In this document: positions 46,279 through 54,524 of the stretch, piece after piece
Layout of the letters: each line of letters opens with the position of its first letter
How positions within the stretch are numbered: position 1 is the stretch's first letter
Origin: a virus
Strand: one strand, 5' to 3'
Length of the DNA stretch: 64,000 nt
Virus record (IMG/VR): IMGVR_UViG_3300006316_000001
Span: 1 to 64,000 of that record
Position numbers and translations under genes: made by a program
The notes under the pieces: model-generated
The model's database searches: none
What the model was told of the DNA's origin: nothing
What the model saw: only the letters and a program-made list of their open reading frames with translations

Positions 46279-46328
46279 ACACGAGAGAGACACTCGATAT
46301 GACCCAGAATGCCAGTTTAAGTGAATTT

Positions 46329-46348
46329 CAATAGAAGGCTAATAGGAA
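46329..46348 (+). promoter_or_regulatory. putative phage-RNAP promoter (copy B)
   Basis: Exact CAATAGAAGGCTAATAGGAA before the capsid paralog. Confidence 0.75.
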
Positions 46349-46440
46349 GGAAAGTGTGCTTTTTAAAACACGCGACCTTTCATTTTATTGATGGGATAAT
46401 TCGATTACCCCATATCAAAACTAATGAGTGGGGAAATGAC

Positions 46441-47565
46441 ATGCATTTCAATAAGAAACTGAGAGCTATTGTTCTCGAAGCCGCACCACAACTGAAGGAA
46501 TCCATTCTTGAAGTTTTGAAAGCGGATAATGGTGAGATGAAGCTTGACCTTTCACGTAAGGTTAAACTTGACGACTCACTAAAGCTTAATGTTAAAACAT
46601 TGGCGATCGGTGGTACTGGTGGTGAAGCCCTAGCTATCGATGAATTGTTAATGGCTGATATCACAGATCGTGCTATTAACCAATTCTCAGGTATTTTTAC
46701 TGACCTTGATATTTCAGTGATCAATTCAGTGAATCATCGCGGTCTTGTGGAGTTAAATTCTCTTGGTGTAACTAAAGGCGTTGAAAACGTTCCTGGTCTA
46801 CCACAGTCTATGACTCCAACTGGTGAACTTGGTCAGCTTGTATCTCAGGTAGGTAAGGCTGCTATCATTACTTTTGTTTCGCAAGAAGCAGTGCGTGATA
46901 CGATGAATGGAGATTCGGTTTCTCTATGGGATTATATAGTTGAATCGGCTGCGCGCCAAATCGTACATTACTTCTCTATTCAGATCATCGCTGGAGATGG
47001 TAAACCTGACCGTCTTCGTGGCTTGGTATCTTCTAAGCGTATTGATGATGAAGAATCACTGAAGCCTGATCATGAACGTGACCCAGATTTTCTGCAAGTC
47101 AAACTATCAGGTGTCGATGGTGATTTTGGTACTGACGATAAGACAGCAGTTGAGAACATTGTATTTTTCTTGAACTCGGTTCCTTCGAAGAATCGTGCCA
47201 ATAGTAAAGTGTATATGAACTCAACAACTCACGCTGCGATTGAACTTCTTTCTTCTACGTCACCTCGTTTACGATTTGATGAAAAGGTTGTCGATGGTCA
47301 ACTGGTTACTACCGTTAATGGTTTTGTAATCTCTCTTGACGATATGATGCCTAATATGGATATGGGCTCAATCCCTATGTTGGTTGGCGATATTAATGCC
47401 GCTATTGAGTTTGCTTGGCACGACAAACAAACTGTCGTTGACCCATTCTCGATTGACGGTGCTATTAAATATAGTCAGTTCCCGCGTGCTTCAGAGCGTA
47501 TGAAAGATAATACCGCTTTACGAGCCTTCAAAATGTCAGCTGAAGCGATTCCTGCTCCTAATTAA
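46441..47565 (+). CDS. second HK97-fold capsid protein paralog
   Basis: KTLAIGGTGGEALAIDE, GDGKPDRLRGL.SSKR, MP, VDPF shared with MCP 55773..57026. Confidence 0.85.
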   Translation: MHFNKKLRAIVLEAAPQLKESILEVLKADNGEMKLDLSRKVKLDDSLKLNVKTLAIGGTGGEALAIDELLMADITDRAINQFSGIFTDLDISVINSVNHRGLVELNSLGVTKGVENVPGLPQSMTPTGELGQLVSQVGKAAIITFVSQEAVRDTMNGDSVSLWDYIVESAARQIVHYFSIQIIAGDGKPDRLRGLVSSKRIDDEESLKPDHERDPDFLQVKLSGVDGDFGTDDKTAVENIVFFLNSVPSKNRANSKVYMNSTTHAAIELLSSTSPRLRFDEKVVDGQLVTTVNGFVISLDDMMPNMDMGSIPMLVGDINAAIEFAWHDKQTVVDPFSIDGAIKYSQFPRASERMKDNTALRAFKMSAEAIPAPN

Positions 47566-47597
47566 AACTTGGGTTCAGAAACACAGTTATAGGTTTT

Positions 47598-47617
47598 CAA
47601 TAGAAGGCTAATAGGAA
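47598..47617 (+). promoter_or_regulatory. putative phage-RNAP promoter (copy C)
   Basis: Exact 20-mer; copies B and C share 30 of 31 bp. Confidence 0.75.
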
Positions 47618-47619
47618 GG

Positions 47620-47855
47620 GAAGTGCCGCAACCTTTTAGGTGTTAGCGCAGTTACATTATCACTACTGACTTTGACCCTTCAAACTATGGTGAACAATTC
47701 TGGGATGTCTAATTGAGCGTGATAAGCTCGACCCGAACATGAAAAATTCCCAGAGCCGTAGACCCCCATTTACGACGAGTGTGTTGGGGAATGCCTCGTC
47801 GTATCTTACCTTTGAACACTTTTCCCCTTCGGGTTGAGTATCCAAAGGTAAGGTT
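47620..47855 (+). ncRNA. structured 5' leader with RBS-sequestering hairpin
   Basis: TACGACGAG/CTCGTCGTA and CTTACCTTTG/CAAAGGTAAG stems. Confidence 0.5.
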
Positions 47856-48335
47856 ATGAAAAGAATAACAAACAACCAAAAAGAAATGTGGAGACTTTTC
47901 CTCCACGATAAGCAGAAAGGGATATGCCCACTTTGTGGAACTTATATTTCTCTCTGTAATGAAGACGGTAAGGATGAGTCCGTATTGGACCATGACCATG
48001 ATACAGGTCGTATCCGTGCCGTTCTCCATCGCAGCTGTAACTCTGCTGAGGGTAGAATTCTGAACTTCGCTGATAAGCGGTGTCGGAGTGAAGACCCTAA
48101 ATCGTTCTTGGTCAACATGGTGAAATATTGGGAAGCTGATTACAGTCATCACCCATTCCACCCTGACCATACTATTGAGGAAGAAGATGAACGTCTGAAA
48201 TTGAAGCGCAAACTGAAGAACTTGAAGGCAGCACATGCCATCGATAAAACCAAAAAGCGCATCGCTGAATTGTCAGAAATCATCAAAGCGAGTATCGAAC
48301 TTGTTCCTCCACCTTCTGAATGGTTTAAAAAGTGA
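47856..48335 (+). CDS. endonuclease VII-family resolvase
   Basis: CPLC...LDHDH.TG.IRAVL.R.CN..EG. Confidence 0.8.
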   Translation: MKRITNNQKEMWRLFLHDKQKGICPLCGTYISLCNEDGKDESVLDHDHDTGRIRAVLHRSCNSAEGRILNFADKRCRSEDPKSFLVNMVKYWEADYSHHPFHPDHTIEEEDERLKLKRKLKNLKAAHAIDKTKKRIAELSEIIKASIELVPPPSEWFKK

Positions 48336-48342
48336 GTGCACT

Positions 48343-48576
48343 ATGAATGGTAAAATTCCTGAGCGTGGCTATTTCGGTAGTAGCTCGAAGATGCTTGCAC
48401 TCACTGATGATTTCATTTCTGGTATCCGTCAGAAATGTAAAGAGCGCAAGTTGAAATTCAGCTTCCAGAAGAAAGACGATTACACAACCGATTTCCAAAT
48501 TGGTTATGATCTATATCGTTTGTCTAATAATGGTACGAGCGCATCGACCCAATTTTTGGGCACAATGAAATTCTAG
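48343..48576 (+). CDS. hypothetical protein
   Basis: Start at MNGKIPE after the EndoVII stop. Confidence 0.55.
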   Translation: MNGKIPERGYFGSSSKMLALTDDFISGIRQKCKERKLKFSFQKKDDYTTDFQIGYDLYRLSNNGTSASTQFLGTMKF

Positions 48577-48651
48577 GACGGTTAGCTCAGTAGGTAGAGC
48601 AGTGGACTGTTAATCCATTGGCCACAGGTTCAAGTCCTGTACTGTCCGCCA
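48576..48651 (+). tRNA. tRNA-Asn(GTT)
   Basis: Acceptor GGACGGT/ACTGTCC, anticodon loop CTGTTAA, T-loop TTCAAGT, CCA end. Confidence 0.9.
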
Positions 48652-49195
48652 GTTTCGGTAAAGTATCTCACCTGATCAGTTAGTGAAAATCCGAAGTCAC
48701 CTTTTAAGAATCTAGAGTCTATGAAGGTGATGGAGCGGGGCATCTCCTAAACTGCCCAACAATGTTGCATTAAATGAAGTTCCTGACAGTCAGGAAGTGA
48801 ATGTTCACTACTGGACAGCTTCATTTAATCATCGCTTTCTTAGCTGAGTTGGTTTAGTGGGACTCAGACCCAAGAGCCATTTCAAAATATGATTTGCAAA
48901 AAGAAAACACCTCCACAAACTAGGATATCCGAGTGGTATAAATGGTGCGGTAAAAGTCCGAAGTATCCGCGAATTAATTTCATGCATCCTGAGATTTACA
49001 GGCTTCACGAAATCATGTGTGTAAGAGCAGGTCGTTTCGCCCCCAAACGTTGTGTGGGGCATAATTTAAGCATTCTTCAACCACTTATAGTTGGCCACCG
49101 TATTGTGGTGTCTCACTGGAGAGTGTTTAAATTATCTACATTCAGTTCGCCAGAAGTAACTTTTCAAAAGTGCGGTGGTGCTGAATGTTTCATTT
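48652..49195 (+). ncRNA. structured non-coding RNA modules between tRNAs
   Basis: Consecutive stems, two multibranch domains, one H-type pseudoknot. Confidence 0.5.
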
Positions 49196-49273
49196 GTGCC
49201 TAAAGCTCATTAGGTATGAGCCGTCGCCTCATAAGCGAAGGGTAGATGGGTTCGAATCCCTCTAGGCGCACCA
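49196..49273 (+). tRNA. tRNA(CAT), Met or Ile2
   Basis: Acceptor GTGCCTA/TAGGCGC, loop CTCATAA, TTCGAAT, CCA end. Confidence 0.85.
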
Positions 49274-49302
49274 CTCCAATGTTTGACTATTCAGAGGTAT
49301 CT

Positions 49303-49533
49303 ATGAAGACTATCGAACAATTGGTCAAGCATATGAAAGAAACATATGATGTGACCATCACTCCTGAAATGCAAAGCCGCATCGAAGGAATTAGAAAACC
49401 GACTAGCAAAACCGATTTTCCAGGAATCACGTTGATCGCTCCATATCGTGGCCAGTTTGGTGTACATCGTATCATCGAAAAGGATGAATGCATCTTTTCT
49501 ATATCTGATACATTTCTGACCGCAATTAAATGA
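49303..49533 (+). CDS. hypothetical protein
   Basis: GAGG RBS, start MKTIEQ. Confidence 0.55.
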   Translation: MKTIEQLVKHMKETYDVTITPEMQSRIEGIRKPTSKTDFPGITLIAPYRGQFGVHRIIEKDECIFSISDTFLTAIK

Positions 49534-49543
49534 GGATTTAACG

Positions 49544-49957
49544 ATGTCTCTTGATCAAAAACACCCAGATTACGCAAAACATGTTCTGATCACTAAAGGT
49601 GATGGGAAAGTTACAGCTTCAAACCTTTACATTTTCACTACTCGAAAGGAACGTCGCGGGTACTTTATCTGTGATAGTGAAGGTAATCCGCTGGAACCGC
49701 AAGTGATTAACGATAAGATCTCTGAGCCTTCAGTTCCTGAGATCACTACACAACCGATGCCTGACCTTCAGACATCTGATGTTGAAATCACTACACAGGC
49801 AACTCCTGAACTTGAAGTGAAAGAACCTGAGATCGAAGTCAAAGTCGATGAATCGGCTGTACCTGAAGACCTTGTTTGCCCTCATTGTGAAGCCAAAGCT
49901 CGCACTGAATCTTCATATTTGAAGAATCATGGCGACAACTGCTCAATGAAGGTGTAA
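49544..49957 (+). CDS. hypothetical protein with acidic linker and C-terminal Zn finger
   Basis: GAGG RBS; CPHC...H.DNC. Confidence 0.65.
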   Translation: MSLDQKHPDYAKHVLITKGDGKVTASNLYIFTTRKERRGYFICDSEGNPLEPQVINDKISEPSVPEITTQPMPDLQTSDVEITTQATPELEVKEPEIEVKVDESAVPEDLVCPHCEAKARTESSYLKNHGDNCSMKV

Positions 49958-50014
49958 GTTTGGTGTTGGGGGTAGTTTCCTCGCCCTCAGCGCCCTTTTG
50001 CCTAGGAGTGTGTT

Positions 50015-50410
50015 ATGATACCTGTTAAGTGTGTCGCTCCAGGATGTCGAACCATCGTTCGTGATCCAGGGCATAGTCGGTGCGAGCTCCACCGCAAAAA
50101 GCAAAAAGGGCATGCCAATAAGGTTCGCGCTGAACAGAGAAAAGTGCAGAACAAAGCGAAGTCCTTTATATACAATACAGCATCATGGAAACGTTTGTCT
50201 ATTAAGAAGAGAACCGTTGATCCATTTTGTGAAGAATGTCTACTCCAGAATCCGGTAATCTATAAACAGGCTGACGTGGTCGACCATATTGTCGAACTTA
50301 CTGATGGTGGTGAGCCATATCTTTGGACCAACCTCAGATCCCTCTGTCACGCTTGTCACAACCGGAAAACTGCTCAAGAAAAGAAAAAGCGAAAGCGCAA
50401 TATTGTGTAG
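50015..50410 (+). CDS. HK97 gp74-like packaging HNH endonuclease
   Basis: C..PGC...C..H, Y....W, P.CE.C, VVDHI...GG.....NL.SLC..CHN.KT. Confidence 0.85.
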   Translation: MIPVKCVAPGCRTIVRDPGHSRCELHRKKQKGHANKVRAEQRKVQNKAKSFIYNTASWKRLSIKKRTVDPFCEECLLQNPVIYKQADVVDHIVELTDGGEPYLWTNLRSLCHACHNRKTAQEKKKRKRNIV

Positions 50411-50461
50411 TGTCGTTCATCCCTTTGCGAACGGCACTACACAAACAATCGAGGATTTATT

Positions 50462-51346
50462 ATGTACATTAAAATAGGTATGCGTGAAATCGAACTTGAT
50501 CTTGACGCAAAATACCATGTGTATGGTGAAAACATCGATGCGCAAGCTGTTGTCGAAATGGACTTTGAGCATCTCAACTGGTTAGACCAACGTATTGTGT
50601 CGCAGAGCATCAACCTCAATCAGGAAATTTCAATACTATTCCATCCGGAAGTTGTCTCTAGCTTGGAGACTGAAATTGAGAACAGTCCTTTTTGGGAGAA
50701 AAACCGTTTCGAAGCTTTAGCCGTATTCAGACGTCTTCAACAGAAGACACCGGATGCAAAAGAAGACAAGCAGAAACGGAAGATGCTGAAGGAAGTTGAT
50801 TTGAAAGAATCCAAGTACGTTCAGAAACGCTTCAGAGTCGTGAATATGCTGGTGTCCCGAGGGTATGAACGCCCTGACGCTATGGAATATTTGACCGCAG
50901 TTATTGAACAGAAAGGTTCAGGCGTCATGAACTTGAAGCCAGCTGAGATATGTGATTTCGTTGACATATTCACTGGTGCAGTTCAAGATCCAAATGAAAC
51001 CCAGTATCATACACGTGATGATACTCGTCCTTGCACGTTGTACTATTTACAGTTCACTCACCAACAAACGGGTGAGACGTTCAAGAAAATAGGTATAACT
51101 GTGAGACCATTGGCTGAGAGATTTGTATTGGACGTTAAGACATTCGATCTTGACATTATCCATACAGTGGAACTTCCGGCTAATGAAGCAAAAGACATCG
51201 AAGCGGCTATCAAGAAAGAGTTTAAGCCATACAAGTACACCCCTGAAACCAAATTGCGTAAAGGTGGTGATACTGAATGCTTCACTGATGAACTTATTGA
51301 TGCGTCCGTCATGAAGATGATGGGCAGAAACAAAGTTTCATTGTAG
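50462..51346 (+). CDS. protein with C-terminal GIY-YIG-like (T5orf172/MUG113-type) nuclease domain
   Basis: LYY......F.KIGIT......RF....E..IK......GG.TECF. Confidence 0.6.
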   Translation: MYIKIGMREIELDLDAKYHVYGENIDAQAVVEMDFEHLNWLDQRIVSQSINLNQEISILFHPEVVSSLETEIENSPFWEKNRFEALAVFRRLQQKTPDAKEDKQKRKMLKEVDLKESKYVQKRFRVVNMLVSRGYERPDAMEYLTAVIEQKGSGVMNLKPAEICDFVDIFTGAVQDPNETQYHTRDDTRPCTLYYLQFTHQQTGETFKKIGITVRPLAERFVLDVKTFDLDIIHTVELPANEAKDIEAAIKKEFKPYKYTPETKLRKGGDTECFTDELIDASVMKMMGRNKVSL

Positions 51347-51401
51347 AATTAACAGAAGGTCATTTAGATGGCCTTTGATTAATTTTGCTAAGGATATTGT
51401 T

Positions 51402-53159
51402 ATGAATTATCTTAAGAAGGTAAAGAATTTCGATATGGAGCAATTCAACCATGGGGTTCCCGAATATAATATGACTTGGGAGTCCATGGACCAATATGCA
51501 TACAATGTCATGATGGGAATTGTTCCCGTCGGAAAACAAGTAAAGTATTGTGTGGCTCGTTATATTTATGATCGAGTTACAAGAAAAGATTTAGAATTGA
51601 GAACTCACGAAGTAGATGAGTTGTGTCAATTCGCTGGTCTGTTGAAACACGTTAAAGGTCCATTGAATGGTAAGCCTGTCGAGTTGATGAACTGGATGGT
51701 ATTCGTTCTTGGTAACATCTTCGGATGGTATCACAAAACTGGGCATAAGAAAGGTACGCGAAGATTCACCAAAGCATTCACATTAGTTGCTCGTGGTAAT
51801 GCAAAATCTTTCTTATGTTCCATTGTTGCTCTTTGGACTCAGTTGACCTCACCCAACGGTTCTCCGTCATGTTATTCAGTTGCTCGTCAACGGGATCAGG
51901 CGAGAATCGTTTTTGACGATGCGTCTAAGATGCTTAGAAATGCTGATCCTATTTTGAGGCGTTGGTTCAAACCCCACGCCCATGATATGGAGTGTATATT
52001 CCAAGATGGTATCTTTAAACCGATGTCGTCAGATTCTCAATCGTTGGATGGGCACCGTGTTGCTTTGGGTATCGCTGATGAGCTACACGCTCACCACAGT
52101 GGTGAACTCCTTAACACATTATTGTCTGGTACGACAGCTGTTAATGATCCTCTAGTATTCTCAATATCTACCGCTGGTAAACAGTTGGAAGGTGTTTGTG
52201 TTTCAGAGAGGAATGTTGTGCGCTCAATCAATGAAGGCTTCGAAAAAGAGGATTCATACTTCGGTATCGAATATGCCCTTGATGAAGATGATGATTGGGA
52301 TGACGAGAGTTGTTGGTATAAATCCAACCCATCTCTTGGACATGCTGTGAGTATTGACGATTTGCGTGGTAAGGTTGTTCGTGCTAAGAATAACGTAGTT
52401 AACCGCGTTGATTTCCAGACCAAGCACTGTAACATATTTGTGAACACCAATGATAATCCATATTTGGACATCTTGGAACTTCAAATAAAATGTGCCAGAG
52501 AAGACCAGAAACTGTCAGACTATGTCGGACGGGAATGTTTCGGTGGTCTCGATTTGGCGCAGAAAACGGATTTGACCGCTCTAGCATTATTGTTCCCTGA
52601 GAAAGATGGTTCATTGACTGCTTTCTTCCGGCACTACCTACCTGAAGGTGCGTTGGAAAAACAGACCGCAGGTCGTTATGAAGCATATCTTCAGTGGGAA
52701 GAAGAAGGACACATGATATTCACGGAAGGTTTTTCCACGGATTATGCGTTCATAGAAAAGGACATTCGTTGGGCTGCTAAGAATTTCGATCTTCAGCAAG
52801 TTGGGTTTGACCCATACGCTGGTACGCAGCTAGCACTTGGCCTTATCAAAGATAATATTGATATGGTCGAGGTTCGCCAAGGCTATGCGAGTTTGAGTGA
52901 ACCTGCCAAGTTATTCCAATCTCTAATCGTCGACGGCAAATTCAACTATCAGGATTCTGACAAAGTCTTTGAGTGGTGTGCATCAAACTCTGTTTGTAGC
53001 GCCGACCTCAACGAGAACATCAAAGTCCATAAGGCGAAAGATAAGCCTCATGACAAGGTTGACTCTATTGTTGCCTTGATTACTGGCTTGGCTCTTGCCA
53101 AGTTGAAAGAACCTAAGAAGAAATCACCATACCGTAAACGGGGTATGTTGGTTGTTTAG
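51402..53159 (+). CDS. terL: terminase large subunit (HK97-like)
   Basis: VARGNAKS Walker A variant, ADELH, ISTAG, GLDLA...DLTA, FDPY, KVDS.VA. Confidence 0.95.
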   Translation: MNYLKKVKNFDMEQFNHGVPEYNMTWESMDQYAYNVMMGIVPVGKQVKYCVARYIYDRVTRKDLELRTHEVDELCQFAGLLKHVKGPLNGKPVELMNWMVFVLGNIFGWYHKTGHKKGTRRFTKAFTLVARGNAKSFLCSIVALWTQLTSPNGSPSCYSVARQRDQARIVFDDASKMLRNADPILRRWFKPHAHDMECIFQDGIFKPMSSDSQSLDGHRVALGIADELHAHHSGELLNTLLSGTTAVNDPLVFSISTAGKQLEGVCVSERNVVRSINEGFEKEDSYFGIEYALDEDDDWDDESCWYKSNPSLGHAVSIDDLRGKVVRAKNNVVNRVDFQTKHCNIFVNTNDNPYLDILELQIKCAREDQKLSDYVGRECFGGLDLAQKTDLTALALLFPEKDGSLTAFFRHYLPEGALEKQTAGRYEAYLQWEEEGHMIFTEGFSTDYAFIEKDIRWAAKNFDLQQVGFDPYAGTQLALGLIKDNIDMVEVRQGYASLSEPAKLFQSLIVDGKFNYQDSDKVFEWCASNSVCSADLNENIKVHKAKDKPHDKVDSIVALITGLALAKLKEPKKKSPYRKRGMLVV

Positions 53160-53183
53160 GTATAAAAATGTCGGGAGACCACA

Positions 53184-54524
53184 ATGAATTTTATTTCTAA
53201 AATAAAGGGTGCATTAAGTGGTACATCAACTCCAGTCAAGCCTTATGTTCCAGAAATGAAACAGAAGGCGAATCCGTACAGTGATAATTCATTTTTCGGC
53301 AGCTTAGGTGTTAAATCATCATACGCTGGCGTTGACGTCAATTATACGAGCGCAATGAGACACAATGATGTTTACACATGTGTTCGTATAAAGGCTGAAT
53401 CATTAGGACAACTTCCTATTCAGCTATACCGTCACAACGCAGATCGAAAAACGAGAATTACATCAGGACGTGAATACAAGATATTCACGCAGAAACCTAA
53501 CGCATATCAGACATGGCAAGATTTCATTGAGCAATACGTTGCATCATTAGAAATCCAAGGCAACTTTTATGCTGAGATTAAGCGAAATACATACGGAAAC
53601 GTGTATGAGATTGTACCATTCAGATACCAGAACAACGTGAGCGTTGAGATGGATTCTTATGGTCGTGTGTACTACACATACTCAACTAACGATGGCAAAG
53701 GGCGAGTCGAAAAGAAGACATACGCTCCTTCATCAATACTACACGTTAAATTGTTCACCACAGATGGCTATCGAGGATTATCCCCGATAACTCAATGTGC
53801 GAGAGCAGTGGGTGTCGCAATCGCAAGTGAAACCACCGCAGCTACAATGTTCGAAAAAGGAGCAAAGCCTGCAGGTGTGTTACAAACAGACGAAGTGTTC
53901 GATGATGACGATGATTCTATAAACCGTCTTCGCGACCAATGGCAAGAATTATATGGTGGACCTGATAACTCGGGTAAGATCGCCATCCTTGAATCAGGTT
54001 TGAAATTCCAATCTGTTTCATTGTCTGCTGTTGATTCACAACTTCTGGAACAACGTAAATTCACTCGTGAACAAATCTCATCAATCTTCAGAGTTCCATT
54101 ACACATGCTTCAAGCAGCTTCCGGTATGAAATATGCCTCGGTTGAGGGTAACAATAAATCTTTCTATAAAGATGCGTTGATGCCTTTGGCTATTAAGTTG
54201 CAGAATGCGATTAATGAAATTCTACCAGAGAACCATACCATTAAAATGGACGAGAAAGAATTCGTCCGTGGCGACCGTGAGTCGCATGTTAAGACAGTCA
54301 AGGAAGAATTGACTGCTGGGTTTATCTCTATCAATGAAGGTCGAATCGAATTAGGTTATCAGCCAGTCGAAGGTGGCGATGTATTTGCTGTACAGACGAA
54401 TAACTTGACGTTCGGGCGTTATGATGAACTACCATCAGTTGAGGAACAGATGAAATCTAAGAATCCATCCAGTCCTGAGCCTAAACCTGATGCCCCTCCG
54501 AAGGAGAGTAACAATGGCACGTAA
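53184..54524 (+). CDS. HK97-family portal protein
   Basis: VY.CV...AE.L..LP, KPN..QT, GLSPI, IFRVP, SINEGR. Confidence 0.95.
   Translation: MNFISKIKGALSGTSTPVKPYVPEMKQKANPYSDNSFFGSLGVKSSYAGVDVNYTSAMRHNDVYTCVRIKAESLGQLPIQLYRHNADRKTRITSGREYKIFTQKPNAYQTWQDFIEQYVASLEIQGNFYAEIKRNTYGNVYEIVPFRYQNNVSVEMDSYGRVYYTYSTNDGKGRVEKKTYAPSSILHVKLFTTDGYRGLSPITQCARAVGVAIASETTAATMFEKGAKPAGVLQTDEVFDDDDDSINRLRDQWQELYGGPDNSGKIAILESGLKFQSVSLSAVDSQLLEQRKFTREQISSIFRVPLHMLQAASGMKYASVEGNNKSFYKDALMPLAIKLQNAINEILPENHTIKMDEKEFVRGDRESHVKTVKEELTAGFISINEGRIELGYQPVEGGDVFAVQTNNLTFGRYDELPSVEEQMKSKNPSSPEPKPDAPPKESNNGT

Noticed and set aside
46321-46440. GTG start at 46321 for the capsid paralog
   Set aside because: It overlaps promoter B; ATG 46441 has an upstream G-rich RBS and an NKKLR motif matching the MCP
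48652-48760. Hammerhead, pistol or fluoride-riboswitch identity for the inter-tRNA RNA
   Set aside because: The core consensus (CUGANGA/GAAA geometry, pistol P2/P3, crcB pairing) is not satisfied by eye
48889-49203. 104-aa plus-strand ORF between the tRNAs
   Set aside because: No clear RBS, overlaps the tRNA 5' end and coincides with strong RNA stems
51350-51369. Fourth phage-RNAP promoter before terL
   Set aside because: Only 12 of 20 positions match; better explained as an AAGGTCAT/ATGGCCTT hairpin
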